Assembly: GCA_001662655.1 (NCBI GenBank)
Contig: KV460206.1
DNA: 64,000 bases
Strand: one strand, 5' to 3'
Source: Pseudogymnoascus verrucosus
Taxonomy: Eukaryota
This document shows positions 12,870-25,600 of this stretch, piece after piece. Position 1 is the stretch's first letter. Every line of letters starts with the position of its first letter. The notes under the pieces are model-generated. The model made no database searches. It was not told the DNA's origin and saw only the letters and a list, made by a program, of their open reading frames with translations. Made by a program: the position numbers and the translations under genes.

Positions 12870-14900
12870 CAAAAACTGTCTGGCCTTGAGAGTGTCTACA
12901 GGAGCTGGTGCTACTACTGAGGTGGAGTACTGAGCCCGCGTTCGTCGGTGCTGCACCAAAGTTTTACTCAGGGGTATATCAATCACTGTTACACCCGAGT
13001 AAAACTTTGGTCCCTCCTCCCCTTCCTTTCCTTCCAGAAGACTTCCCCTTCCCCCTTCCCACTCTCTCCCACCTTCGTGTTTGTCACCCCGCTCTCCCCC
13101 TTGCATGCGGCCGTCAGCACGACCCTAACTACGGTGCCAACACCACCCGCGCGAACACGGCCAGCTGAAAAAAAAAGTTTCCCGTGGAATTGGGTAATGG
13201 TAATGGTAAACTAACGGCAAGTCGGGTACGCCATCGTGTGGGACGGCGCGGCGCACAAGCCCGCCACGGACGCTCGCACGCACACCAACGCGCGAATATT
13301 TCGTCCCAGAAATTCGACACCCTTTTTCGGGGACTGCTTGCTGCAATATCAGGGACCACATATATAGGCCCAGGTACCACGCACTGGCCCGTCCCCTTTC
13401 CTCAGGTTGGAGGTTGGAGGTTGATCCCGTCATAGTGGAGCTGGTAAGCAAGTAGGCCGGCTCGCCGTCTTCAGCACGGATCCCATCCCCGATAGACCAA
13501 AAGCTTTGTTTGTTCCCATGAGGCGGCGAGCAAGCAATCGACTCAACGCCATGGAGGCCGGCTGACTGACTGACTGGCGGCTCTCTCTCATATCCGACAG
13601 ACCCGACCACAGAGGCTGGTAACTCAGACCCCGGGGCACAGACACGGGACCTGAGCAAAAGCAAATCTGACGCCCGCTCGCCACCTCATCACCCGAATCC
13701 CTGCGCGAAACATGCAAGCCTCATCACAGTCGTCGTGCTCCGGGGACGCGGACGGACCCAGGAGATAGGGATGCGCACCCATCGGAGCCGGTGTGTTCTG
13801 GCATCCCTCGCGGCGAGGGATGCTGCCAGCATCCATGGCTGTTCCCGGACCGACGCCGCGGAGCTCCCCATAGTAGGCAGGTAGTAATGCCCTCAGCATC
13901 CGTTCACAGCACGAATTTCCGCATCCCCGAGACAGATCAACAGCGTGGCCGTGCCTGCCAAGGCCCCGGTGGGGAGGTGCCAGACTTTTTTTTATACCTT
14001 GTTGCTCGCGCCTCGCGTACCTGAATTCATTCCCATCCCGGTCTCTGCAGTAACATGGTTGATCATGCAAGTCATAACCGCACCCCCTGAAGACACCGCG
14101 ATGAAAGAGCGGATGGATTGGCCGTAGGCAGCATTGTCGAAATTGCACTTTCATATGGAGTACAGTAGTGTCCTGCACTTGCAACGTAGAGTAAACCCCA
14201 ATCCTGTAATAGACGCTCGGTTAAGGCGTAGCCAGGTTTGTGAGTATGCCTGTCCTTATCAAATATATATTTCTGATAGAAGATATCCCTGGACAAACCC
14301 TACGTCGCGAAGGAATGTGGCCAGTTGGACATATCTGAATCCCAAAGGGAGTGAGAGATTTTCTGCTGAGCAAGCCACAGACCGGACATACTGCCTTGTT
14401 CCCCTTTCCATGCAGTGTAGTATGTGTTTCACTGATTCGACCGCCTGCATCTGACAGAGCTCGCCAAGTTGCAGAAAAAAACGCCCTTAAACGCCACAGT
14501 ATGTGCAAGTACAAGACAAATTTCCCACCATGGACCGAGAACAGGAAATCTCGGCACTCCTAGATGTGTCAAATCGCCCGACAGGGGGGTTCGCGGAGTG
14601 TAGCACGCCCTTCCGTCGGCGGTTTGTTGCTGTGGGATAGGACCGAGTTTCCCGGAACGGGTTCGGGCAGGGTGACACTAGACAAATTCTCAATCCTGCA
14701 AAGGTGAGGAATTGCCATAGTACAGACACGTGCGTGTTTAAAATATGTGTCCCATATTAATCTCAAAGAGTCTCCTTCTCTTTTGGAATGTGGAAAGTCA
14801 ACATGTGCTGAACGTCTCGGAGCTTAACCTACAAACGGAAGGATAACGGTGTCTGTAGCACCTTACAGCATTCCTATCTTGGAATTTGTATGGGTATTGC
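12870..14900 (+). ncRNA. Candidate telomerase RNA (TER); ends approximate
   Basis: ACCCTAAC at 13122-13129 is preceded by helix 12948-12953/13115-13120. Also a 15-bp hairpin at 12955-13011, a long-range A9/U8 helix, a multi-branch structure at 14560-14681, and no credible ORF. Confidence 0.55.
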
Positions 14901-15305
14901 AAATTAAACACCCTGGTCTCAATATCATTTTGTGGTCTTTATGTGGTTTCATTTGGTTTCTATTGTCGCCGCAAAACATCTTGAACGCACCGTCCTAGAC
15001 CATCTAAATATACAATGTAGGTAAATGAGCTCACCTCACATCAAGAGTCGGAAAGCAGATATCCAGAGAGATCCCGAATCCCTCCCTCGATGTGCCGTGT
15101 GTCCCAATTGCCGTAACTCCAGAGTCAAATGCAAGCCAGCCTCCCCCCGCCCCAAACCCCCACACCCCGTTTCCATTTCTCATATGCAAGCTCAAAACCA
15201 TATATCCTCTGCGAAAAGTAACTAATAAACTATGTGAAAACGAATCGCACGCACACCTTTGCGATAAATATTTGGCGCCTGCCTGCCTCAGCTGACTGAC
15301 ATTTT

Positions 15306-18300
15306 CTAGAATTCCCAGTCGTCGTCCTCAACAGACTTGATGGCCCAGTTGAACTTCTCACGAAGTGTCTTCGAGAAGAACTTCTCAATAGGCACGTCGA
15401 ACTTCTTGGCGAAGACAACAGTAAGGCGGGGATCAATATAATTCTAATGTGTGTTAGCAAGCCGTCTAATGGTATCCACACAGCCAAACTTACGATCTTG
15501 GAAGTGCCGAGTGCAACCTCCTTGTTGCCCTCTCGGTCCTCGGCCTGGAGATTCATAGTAGTGATCCTCTGATCAATCTTCTCAATCGCAGCCTCCAGCT
15601 TTTCCACGGACGGAGTTCGTCCTTCGGCTTCCACTTTCTTGGTCTTGTTCTCCTTCTTGAGCTTCTTAGCTAGGTCATCCGCGACTCCCAGGCGCTCAGT
15701 GAGCTCCTTGGCCTTCATCTCTTTCTCACCCTCGGCAACGAGCTTCTCATTATCCTTTTCGAACTTCTTCGTGATCTTCGTACGTTGTTCTTCGACCAAG
15801 AACGCCTGGTGCTCTTCAATCCACTCCTGAGTCAAATCGTCATCCAGTTCAAACCACTCGGCACCCTTCTTCTTCTTCTGCTTTGGATCAAGATCGAGAA
15901 TCATCTGCTTCGTGCGCCATTTTTGGTATTTCAGACCCTTGATTCTGTCCGTGAGTTTGCCCATCTGGGCCTCATGGCCTGCGCCAACAGTACGTTTATG
16001 ATTACAGAGAATTGCAACCTTCCGATTGCAGTCGTTGTAGAGCTTGATCTTCTCATGCAGACTGGTGTTTGTAGCCTTCAGCTCCTGCAGAAGCGTCGAC
16101 ATGGTGTATGAAGCATTGTAAGTACGGAACACCTTCGCAGTGAGTCCAGGCATATAGTTGGCCAAATGCTTGTTGAGCTGACCAGTCTGTATAGCAGTTA
16201 GTATTGATCATAATACAGAAACGAGGACCACTTACGTTCAGACGATCGAAGATGTCATCACCCTCAGTCTTTGGGGACTTCTTGAAGATCTTAAGATTTC
16301 GGAAAACTTGAGGGTCAACAGTCACCTCGTCGTAAAAGCGAATACTGTCTTTACCCAGGAAGTCAAAGATGACCGTATTCGGGGGTTTCAAGGTAACGTG
16401 TTCGAACTTCAAAGAACAGCATCCGACTGTTTCTGCCTCGTTCTCAGAGTCCTTTTCGTTTCCAGCACGTAGCGCAAACTTATCAATCAGATACACAGCA
16501 GTTGCCCGCTGTCGGTCGGCCATGAGCTCAGACTTCAGTTCCTTCTGGTAGTCTTTGCGGATACGATCGATGTGCTTCTTCAGCTCCCGGGCCTTCTCGA
16601 ACTTTTTGAAGTCGCTCTGCCCCTTGACGGTACTGTTGGCGGCAAGCATAACATACTTGTATGCGCCGTTGATATTTTCCTGCCACATAGCAAGCCAGGT
16701 CGCCTTGTTGTCGTGCTTGATCTCTTTCCACTTGTGCCCTGGAGGCGGGGTTGGCACAGTGGCATTCGGGCCAATGTTGATTGTTATTTGTTCGGGCATG
16801 ACGCGCTTCTTCACCTTACCAGTCTTTGGGTGCTCGCCACGGCCACGGAAGAGCGAAGGAGGTTCGACACGGAAGTTGCCGACTCTTTCTTTCCGTCCAT
16901 CCCAAGTACAGTACAGATATGGTGCCTCGAACTCGTCTTTGGCAGCCTTATCAGCCTTCTTTTCAGCGGATGAACGCGCCTTTCTTTCTTCGCTCTTGCC
17001 CTGGTAGTATTCGAAGATTCGGGTGAAGTCTAGCTTGGAGAACTCTTTGATAGCAACTTTATTGCCATCTTTGTCCTTTGCTCCTCCATTCTTGCCCAAG
17101 ATTTCAGTGAAGTCGTTGAAGAAATTCTTTTGGAAGGTCGGGTTTTCGACATTGAGCGTGGAGTTCAGCATAGCCCCAAAGAACCCTGCAACTTCCTCTG
17201 CTTCAACGTGCAGGCTGACAGGCGTGCCATTATACACGAGCTTGACGTTCTTGGGAAGAGGTTCGTAATCTGGGGGGAAAACAACACCGTTGTGCTCAAG
17301 GGTCTCCCACTTAATGCTGTCATCATCCTTATTCGGGGCATCCCACCAGCGGTACTCTTCATCTTCTTCCGCCTCTGCCTCTTCACTTTCTTCCTTTTTA
17401 GCGGCCTTTCCCTTCGCAGGTTTCTTCACGGGTGTCTTCGCAGGCGTCTTCACAGGCGCTTTTCCGTTGGCCTTCTTAGCTGCAATCTTCTGGGTAAGAG
17501 GGACATCATCGTCAGATTCTTCCTTCTTCGCCCCGTTGGCCTTCTTTGCGCGCGACTTCGATATAGGCTCGTCCTCGGAATCCGATTCTTTTATGACCGG
17601 CTTTTTTCCTTTCGACTCTTTTGCTCGAATGCTCTTTGCCTCCTTCTCGGCCTTCTTTTCGATGTGGATTTTCTCTTTGGCCAATTTCTTCTCCTCCTGC
17701 TCGAAATCGGAACCGTCGATGCTTGGGGGCAGTTTTCCACCCGACTTCCTCCTCGCTATTGGCGCGTCATCGCTATCCGACTCATCCTTCTTGGCCTTGG
17801 AAACCGAGGTTCGTTGTCGTTTAGCCTAGTTATCATATCAGAAACTGTGAATTCGAGGTGATTCGAGTGAATTATCACTCAGGGCGGAGCAAAATACCAG
17901 CGGCTTGTTGTCTTCCTCGCTAGAGCTTGCAGCGTCATTGTAGTTAACTGGCTTCCCGGTGCTGACTCGAGCCTTGCGCTTGCCGTTCAGAGCTGGAAGA
18001 TCGATATCCATTTCATCCGTAACGGGTCCATTTCGTATGGAGACGCCAGCAGGCGCATAGTCCCCATTTGTAGATTTCTCCATTTCGTTGTCGATATTCT
18101 TGGATACTTTGGCTCGTGAGGCTGTGAGAACACTGAGGTCAGTATATGATAAAGAGGCCGGGTGATCATGGAATAGGTAGAGAAGAGAAGAGTAGGGTAG
18201 GAGTGAAGTAGGTCTATATTGCCAGCTGCCTGGCTGGACCGACTTCAGGGAGTAGCGACGGAGTATTTTCCAAGGTGGCACAAAGGCCCAGCCGCTCTCG

Positions 18301-18397
18301 AATTGTAGTTTGAACTGCCACAAATAAACAGAATAAACTCACCAGACCCATTCGTCCTCCTTGCCAGAGGCGCACTGTCAGGCGAAGACGATTTCAT
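15306..18397 (-). CDS. TOP1: DNA topoisomerase I (4 introns)
   Basis: [52 protein letters not shown] and the catalytic SKI|NYIDPR. First exon 18343-18397 ([13 protein letters not shown]) splices in frame at 18121. Confidence 0.96.
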
Positions 18398-18857
18398 GTT
18401 GTGCAGCGCTTGATTGAAGTGAAGTATAGATAATGTTCGGGCCCCGAAACCGAAATAAGAGCTAACTCGAGGTCAACACTTGAAAGTATGACGTGGAATA
18501 ATAAACATGAAGCGAAAGAACGTGCCGTTTGAGCGCGTATTATAGATTGAAAGCTTGTGGCTATCCTGATTGCCTGAATGAGAGATTGTATAAATCGAAT
18601 TGAAAGGATGTAAAAGGCGTGTTTTCCTGGCTGCCACTGAGTGAGACTCGATACTTGGAGAAAACCAGCTCTGGAGGCCTGCCTGAGGGTCGGATGCCAA
18701 GCCTGCTTATGTAATCGAAATCTAAGCTTTGCCGATGAGGCCGTATTGACTTCCGAACACTACACCACGCAATTCCCTCAATTGATCGCTAGTCACGCCC
18801 TTGGTCAATTGAACATTGATCGAATAATATTGTAGAGGATTTCATTCGGTGCCCAAG

Positions 18858-19930
18858 ATGCTTTCCAGAGCTGCCCGTCCCGCCGTCCGCGCCGGCGCTG
18901 CGGCGTCCACACAGTACGATTTCTCCTTACACCAATTTTACTTCATCATCGACCGGCTTCATCACGATTCATCGTGTATATGCGATCCCTACATGGTATC
19001 TAGGCTAACAATTCACCTCTAACAGCTCCGTTGCTCCAAATGCTGCCACCTTCGCGACTCTTCGTGAGATTGAGGACCGTCTCAAGTCCATCCGCAACAT
19101 CGAGAAGATCACCAACACCATGAAGATTGTTGCCTCGACCAAGCTGAACAGAGCGACACGCGCTATGCAAGATTCCCGAGCATACGGACAGACCTCGAAC
19201 ACCGTCTTCAAGGAGGCCGAGACCAAGGTTGCCGAGGAGGGCGACAAGAAGACTCTGATTGTCATTGCCAGCTCCGACAAAGGTCTTTGCGGTGGAATCC
19301 ACTCCGGACTGGGCAAGCACACCCGTCGCATGCTCGCTGCCAACCCCAGTGCCGACCTCGTCGTTATTGGCGAGAAGGCCAAGGCCCAGATGGCTCGTTC
19401 CAACTCCAGCAACATCAAGATCAACTTCACTGGTATCGGAAAGGCCATCCCGACCTTCGCCGACGCTTCTTTGATCGCCGATCAAATCGCCGCTCTCCCA
19501 GAGAAGTACGACAGCGTCCAGATCGTCTACAACAAGTTCGTCAACGCCCAGTCGTACGAGGCTACCGTTATCGATGCCTACTCCGTTGAGACCATCCTCA
19601 GCTCCGCCAACTTCGCCGCTTTCGAGATCGACGATGCTGAGCTCCCCAACCTCCAGGAGTACGCTCTCACCAACTCCCTCTACTGGGCTCTTGCTGAGGG
19701 ACACGCTTGCGAGCAATCTGCCCGTCGTAACGCTATGGACGTACGTATCCCCGAAACCACCATTCCTCCCACTACGTATAGGCCGCAAACTGACTCCCTT
19801 TCAGAACGCTTCCAAGAACGCTGGCGACATGATCACCAAGTACCAGATTCTCTTCAACCGCACCCGTCAAGCCGTTATTACCAACGAGCTGGTTGAGATT
19901 ATCACTGGTGCCGCCGCTTCGGAAGAGTAA
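18858..19930 (+). CDS. ATP3: Mitochondrial F1 ATP synthase gamma subunit (2 introns)
   Basis: Presequence MLSRAARPA, then [31 protein letters not shown] and [18 protein letters not shown]. Confidence 0.96.
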
Positions 19931-20545
19931 GGGGATTGTGCATAGAATCTCTTTTGTTATTATTTAGATCTGCAGATGGACGGAAACCCCTAGCTGTAAC
20001 TCGCACCCTCAATGTACCAAAGTCTCTCTCATCTATGATGTTCTTTCTTCGTTTTGTGGATAGAAAATGTTAGATGTTGTGCTATCTATTGCAATAATTT
20101 TCTCCATCACACGGAACAAACCGGACCCCAGATGCTATCTCCAAGTAACCGGCATGTGAGGCTCTGTCGTAATTCACAATGGGACTTCACCCTTTCTAGA
20201 CGTAGACGGTTTTAGTGATAAGGAAGCTATTATTCGTTTCCCGAATAGTTCACTTAGCCAGCTATAAAATTCCCAAAGTAAAGCTACGCTAAGCCAACTC
20301 AAATAATAACCCGTGGATGATGCCCCAACTCCTAGCCATCTGTGCCTATAAATTGAATAGCCTCCCTTCCCTGATATGTCCAGCAGCAGCATCGATAGCG
20401 ACCTCCAAAATATAACGCCAGCCATTCCATTGGGTATTCGTCTCGCAGCAATTTCTTGAAAATAAAAATAAAACCCCTCCCACGATTCGCATAGGCATCA
20501 GTCATTAGTCCTCAACGCGCATGCTCTCCCTGCAAAGCCAGAAGC

Positions 20546-21714
20546 TCATCCCAGCGCGGTGTTACACTTTAAGCAGCAGAGTTTTTCCGTTGAGATCTTC
20601 TTGCTAACCAGGTCTATAATGCGAATTTGGTTTCCGCCATCTACAACCTTCCCCGTGAGGCGCTTTCTGTAGCCCGCATCTTTATAGCTCAAATCTTCAG
20701 ATAGTTTGTTCACTGAGAGACGCTTCACACTCTTTTTCTTCTTTTTCTTTGTCTCAGGATCCGCGGGGAGAGCCTCATACGCTTTTGTCAGTGCATCATT
20801 GACAATACACTCCTCGTGCATCCAAATGCCACACTCTTTGTTCGGGCAGGCCACAAGGATGACATCTGGGTTGTAGTATTTCTTGCAGATGCAGTGCTTT
20901 CGGAGAGCCTGTTCCGAATCCAAAGTTAGATAGGTATTTATTGTCTCTGTTTCCAGGGGTACATACCGAAAGGTTTCCATCGAGCGCATTGAACGTCTGC
21001 CTCCAGTATAAACCCTCTTGAACCTTGTCATCGTATTCTTCAAGCCATTGAGCGACAGGTGCGAGCCCCGCCAAGCTAGTAACATCCTCGATATCAAGGT
21101 GATTACTGGCGATCAGCTCATGCTTGCCGTGATACCAGCGCCGGAGAGACATTGGCTTCTCTGCACCCACATGGGCATTGACCAGTTGATCTGGCCAATA
21201 CATCCATGCTACGAGCGCAAACACCTGGCGTGGATCGTTCGCCCGTATCTCCAGTATCTGCGCGACGTAGAACTTCCTTTCATCGTCGTCGCCATCAAGC
21301 TCGAGGCCCGGAGGGCGAACGTATACGAAGTCGTTCTTTCGGTAGTGTACGTTCTCAACTAAACAGCGGCCAAAGTCAGCGCATCCCCAAGGGATGACCA
21401 TATAGGATCTACTTACTAGTACATTTCGAGTAGTTTTGCATCCCCAGCCAAGGACCCGACGCGCTCGGCTCGACAATATACCTTAAATTCAAAGCCTCCT
21501 TGGCCTGGCCCTTCCCATGGAAATTGGACTCGTGTTTCTGCGCATCATTCCAAAGTTTCCGGATTCGGTGGCTGCTGTTTGAAATTGGCTTCTTGGGGTA
21601 TGTTATTGTCCATACAACCTCTGGCTTTTCAATAATGTCCTCCAGATCGGAGTCTTCGTCGAGGTTGGAGGAGTCCATTGCTGGGTCCGGATGCTTGTGA
21701 TAGTTCGGTGGCAT
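20546..21714 (-). CDS. BAH-PHD domain chromatin reader (EBS/SHL-like; Neurospora EPR-1-like), 2 introns
   Basis: BAH: YVAQILEIRA...VAWMYWP...YHGKHELIASNHLDI...LYWRQTF. PHD: CICKKYYNPD...CPNKECGIWMHEEC with a distal CLKC. Confidence 0.85.
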
Positions 21715-22666
21715 GACGGTTTCAATTCGAATTCATCGACTCGTCAGAGGAGGGGTTTCGTGCTCAGTTGAATGATGTCAGTTGAATGGAACTGGTTGAT
21801 GAATACTGGAGGTCTCCTTGCATCAGTAAACGTCCCCAAGGTGTGTTTTTAGAGGGAAGACGTACGATGGGTGAACAAAGACCACCTTCAGACGGTGGCT
21901 ATGCCGTTTTCGCCAGAATTTAGACAATGGTCCGAGAATCGCCCAATTAAGGGAACCCCACGATGAGGTAGGAAGCTAGGTCCTCTCTCCTGAACAAAGA
22001 CGTTGGCTGGGCGCGATTGGTTGTGAGGTCTAGTTGGGAAGTGCCCTTACTTCCTCAATGGCTTATCTTATCGCACGCACAGGTACGGCTCTTCAAGCTT
22101 AGTAATCCGACTCCTGGGTTCCACTTGTGAAATGATTAACAGGAGTTCTAAGACGAGATACTCGCGCTCACGGCAGCTAACTTAGTTTTCTTACAGACGA
22201 GAATTGGTAGAGATGAAACATGTTGGAGGTATGCTTTAATGAAAGAGGAGGGGGTTAGGGTGACAAATAAGAAATAACATTAAATTAATTCATTTTGATT
22301 TTACAATTATCTAGCATTAAATTAGCAAGAATCAAATACTCGTCCCAGCCTGACGTCCTAGGATGTAACAGAAACAAATTATTAAATTATTAGTTGTGTC
22401 ACCTTCACGGTTGCCATGGTCATATTTAGGTGAATCAATGGTCTATAGTAATATCGCGAAATTCAAATATACGGTTTGAGGTCAATCTTAAAGAAATAGT
22501 TATATTAGACACCTTTTATGACTCTAAAATATGAACGTCTTCGTCCCACACTTGGACATCTAATTTTTACCCTCTAAATATAGACATTCTGCCATGTTTA
22601 ATAAGTATCAAGATATAGCAATTGCGAAATGGTATCACAAAAAACAATCAAAGAGAGCAAACGCAT

Positions 22667-25600
22667 CTAGACCTGGTCTTCCGGCCTCATCTGACCAACC
22701 TGTACCATCTCACGACCATTGTTATTGACATCCATGGAGCCACGAGTGGTATCATTAGTCGTCACCTCAACGATGCTCACACCATCACTCTTCTTCTTGC
22801 GGTTGCTTCTGACGCTGAGTGTCCTCTTGAAACTCATGGTCCTCGCTCGAGTCATGGAAAAGAAGCCTTGTCTCAGGCTCACCTTCCCGAACCTGCTCTG
22901 GCGCTCATCTTCACTTCTGTCCTCGAAGCCACGCTCGAAGATATGGTAATGGCGCTTAACAAACTTCCAGGCTTCGACGCCAATCACAAACACGAAGACA
23001 GCGCCAAACGAGAGGGCCCATTCCCATCCGATGCCCTTGTGCTTGAAAACGTTGGTGTTCAAGCCAGGGATGTAGACGGCTGGGAACACAGATACGGCTC
23101 CAATAACGACGGCCCAGAACAGGAACTTGTTCTCGTATATATCCTTGAAGAAGGGAAATCTACTCTCAGAGCTTGGGTCGAGACGGAACATGCTGCGGCG
23201 GATAGACTTGAACTCCCAAGCGGAGATTAGAATGAGCCAAGTTAATTCAGCGAAGACAGCGGCACGGGCGCGGAATACCGCATCGCAAGACGAGCTGTAG
23301 GATCGGTTGCAGTCGTGTCCTAGGTTCCCGTCATTCACGCCGTAGATGATGATCACGAAAGTCATGAGAGTGCAGACGCCCATCAAAAGGCCGTAAACCA
23401 TCATGTCAACCATGATCTGGACAGTGAAGACACCTCTCTTGTTATCGTGAGGAGGACGACGCATAATTTCAGTACTAGCCTTTTCTCTGCCTAGACCGAA
23501 TGCCGGGAACGAGGATGTAAGCATATTAATCCAGAGAATTTGAAGTGGCGACAGTGGGAACACAGAGAAGCCATTCTCGTCTTGGAAGCCAAGGCCAGCG
23601 ATGAGAAGGATGACTTCGCCAACGTTAGAAGTCAGCAGATGAAGGACGAATTTCTGGATATTGTCGAACATGCGGCGACCTTGGCTAATTGCGGAGACAA
23701 TGGAGTTGAACTTATCATCTGTAAGGACAATTTTAGCAGCGCTTTTCGCAACATCAGATCCAGCGAGACCCATGGCAATCCCGACGTCAGCTTTGCTCAA
23801 AGATGGAGCATCATTGACACCGTCACCAGTCATGGCCATGTATAGTCCACGCCGACGGAGTGCTTCGATCATGCGGGTCTTGGTGCTGGGAGCGCAACGC
23901 GCGATGACAAGTGGAAGCTCCGGCATTGCATCAATCTCTTCATCAGTCATGCCGTCGAAATCGGTGGCTTTCTTAACAATCGAAGCAGCAACCTCTGGTG
24001 ACAAGACATTCATATTGTGGGGGATGATTCCGATTTCTTTGGCGATTGCGGTGGCCGTCGCAGGGTGATCACCAGTCAACATGTGGACTTTGATACCCGC
24101 CTCAGCACATTGTTGGACGGCACCCTTAGACTCATCACGTGGAGGGTCGTAGATACCCACAAGCCCAAGGAGTGTAAGGTCTTGCTCGACTTCGCCCCTG
24201 AGCTCGTCATCTGCACCTTTGTTGCCCTTGTGTTGTTGTGCTACGCTCGCGGCGTGTTTTTTGTAATCACCATTCCATGTGCGCGTTGCGACAGCTAGTA
24301 CGCGCTGTCCTTGGTTTGCGAAGACATCCATCTGCTTGAGAACCATCTCTTTGATATCTTCTGTCAGACGCTCCTGGTTTTCGCCATGACCTATGGTTGT
24401 GCAGAGGTCCAAGACACGCTCGACAGCGCCCTTGGTGAAAATAAGACTATTCTCTGCTCCGGAGTTGTAGACAACTGACATTCGCTTGATGGTGCTGTCG
24501 AATGGGAATTCGGCAACTTGCGTGAAGCCCTGGCGCACCCAGGACTTCTTGCCCATTTGGAATCTCCAGGCAAGAACTTGGAGCGCTATTTCGGTAGGTT
24601 CACCCGTAGTTTGCCATATCTCTTCGTTAGAGCCTTCGGGCTTCTCTTTCGTGACCGTTGCCAAGTTGCAGAGAGCGACCGTCTGCAGAAATTGTTCGAG
24701 AGCAGCATTCATCTCCGCGGCCTCTTCTTCTGCGTTTTTGTTTTCGCCATTCATTTGGTCTTTTATCGCTTTCTCAGCTGGTACATCAAATGTTAGAGCG
24801 GCGGCGGAGCGCTGCTGATCGTAGTCGACACTCTTCGCTTCTGGTTGTGCCTCTTCGATGCCCTGTACAGAAATATTCTGAGTAACGACACCTTGGGTAG
24901 GGTCATTTGGATCCATTGAGCGCTGAACTGTGTAGACTCCTGTCTTCCACAGCCAAGCTTTCTTCACGATCATAGCTCCCTGAGTTAAAGTTCCTGTCTT
25001 GTCGGAGCAAATATTGGTGATGCCGCCGAGGGCCTCAAGGGCCGAAAGATCGCGGACAACGACATTAGCCTTTCTCATGACTGTCATTCCAACAACCATG
25101 GTAATAGTGAGAACACTAGATTAATTAGCCTTATATCCATGTAGAGGGAGTAGGAAATACGTACGCTATCAGAGATTCCGGAATAATGGCAATACCAGTA
25201 GAAATGGCGTAAATGGCAACCTCGTTTGTCACATTGAACTTGTTGACAGCGAACACGATTATAGCCAGGAAAATAGCACAACCAAACAAAAGGTAAGCCA
25301 GCTTGGCTAGCTTTCGCTGGAGGGGAGTTCCAACTGTGAGGCCGAGAAACCATCCGATTCCATCATATGTTCGTCGAGTTAATCCCTTGATCGGTTGAGC
25401 TTTGCCATATTTCTTTGCACTCATTGAACGACCAGGCTTGCGAGTTTTCTTATTTGTAGCACTTGCAATTCTTCCGACTTCAGTTAACATACCGGTGAAG
25501 ACAATAATACCACGCCCACGACCCTTTATGACAGTAGTCGTAGAGTATGCGATGTTCAGACGATCGCCAATGCCTACCTCTTCTTCTCTGGTAGCCAGCG

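Noticed and set aside
12864..14766. Many short overlapping ORFs (60-186 aa) on both strands
   Set aside because: No recognisable motifs, codon bias or splice structure; better explained as structured non-coding sequence.
22250..22620. AT-rich patch downstream of ENA1 as a possible RIP-degraded transposon
   Set aside because: No termini or coding remnants; consistent with a terminator/3' UTR region.
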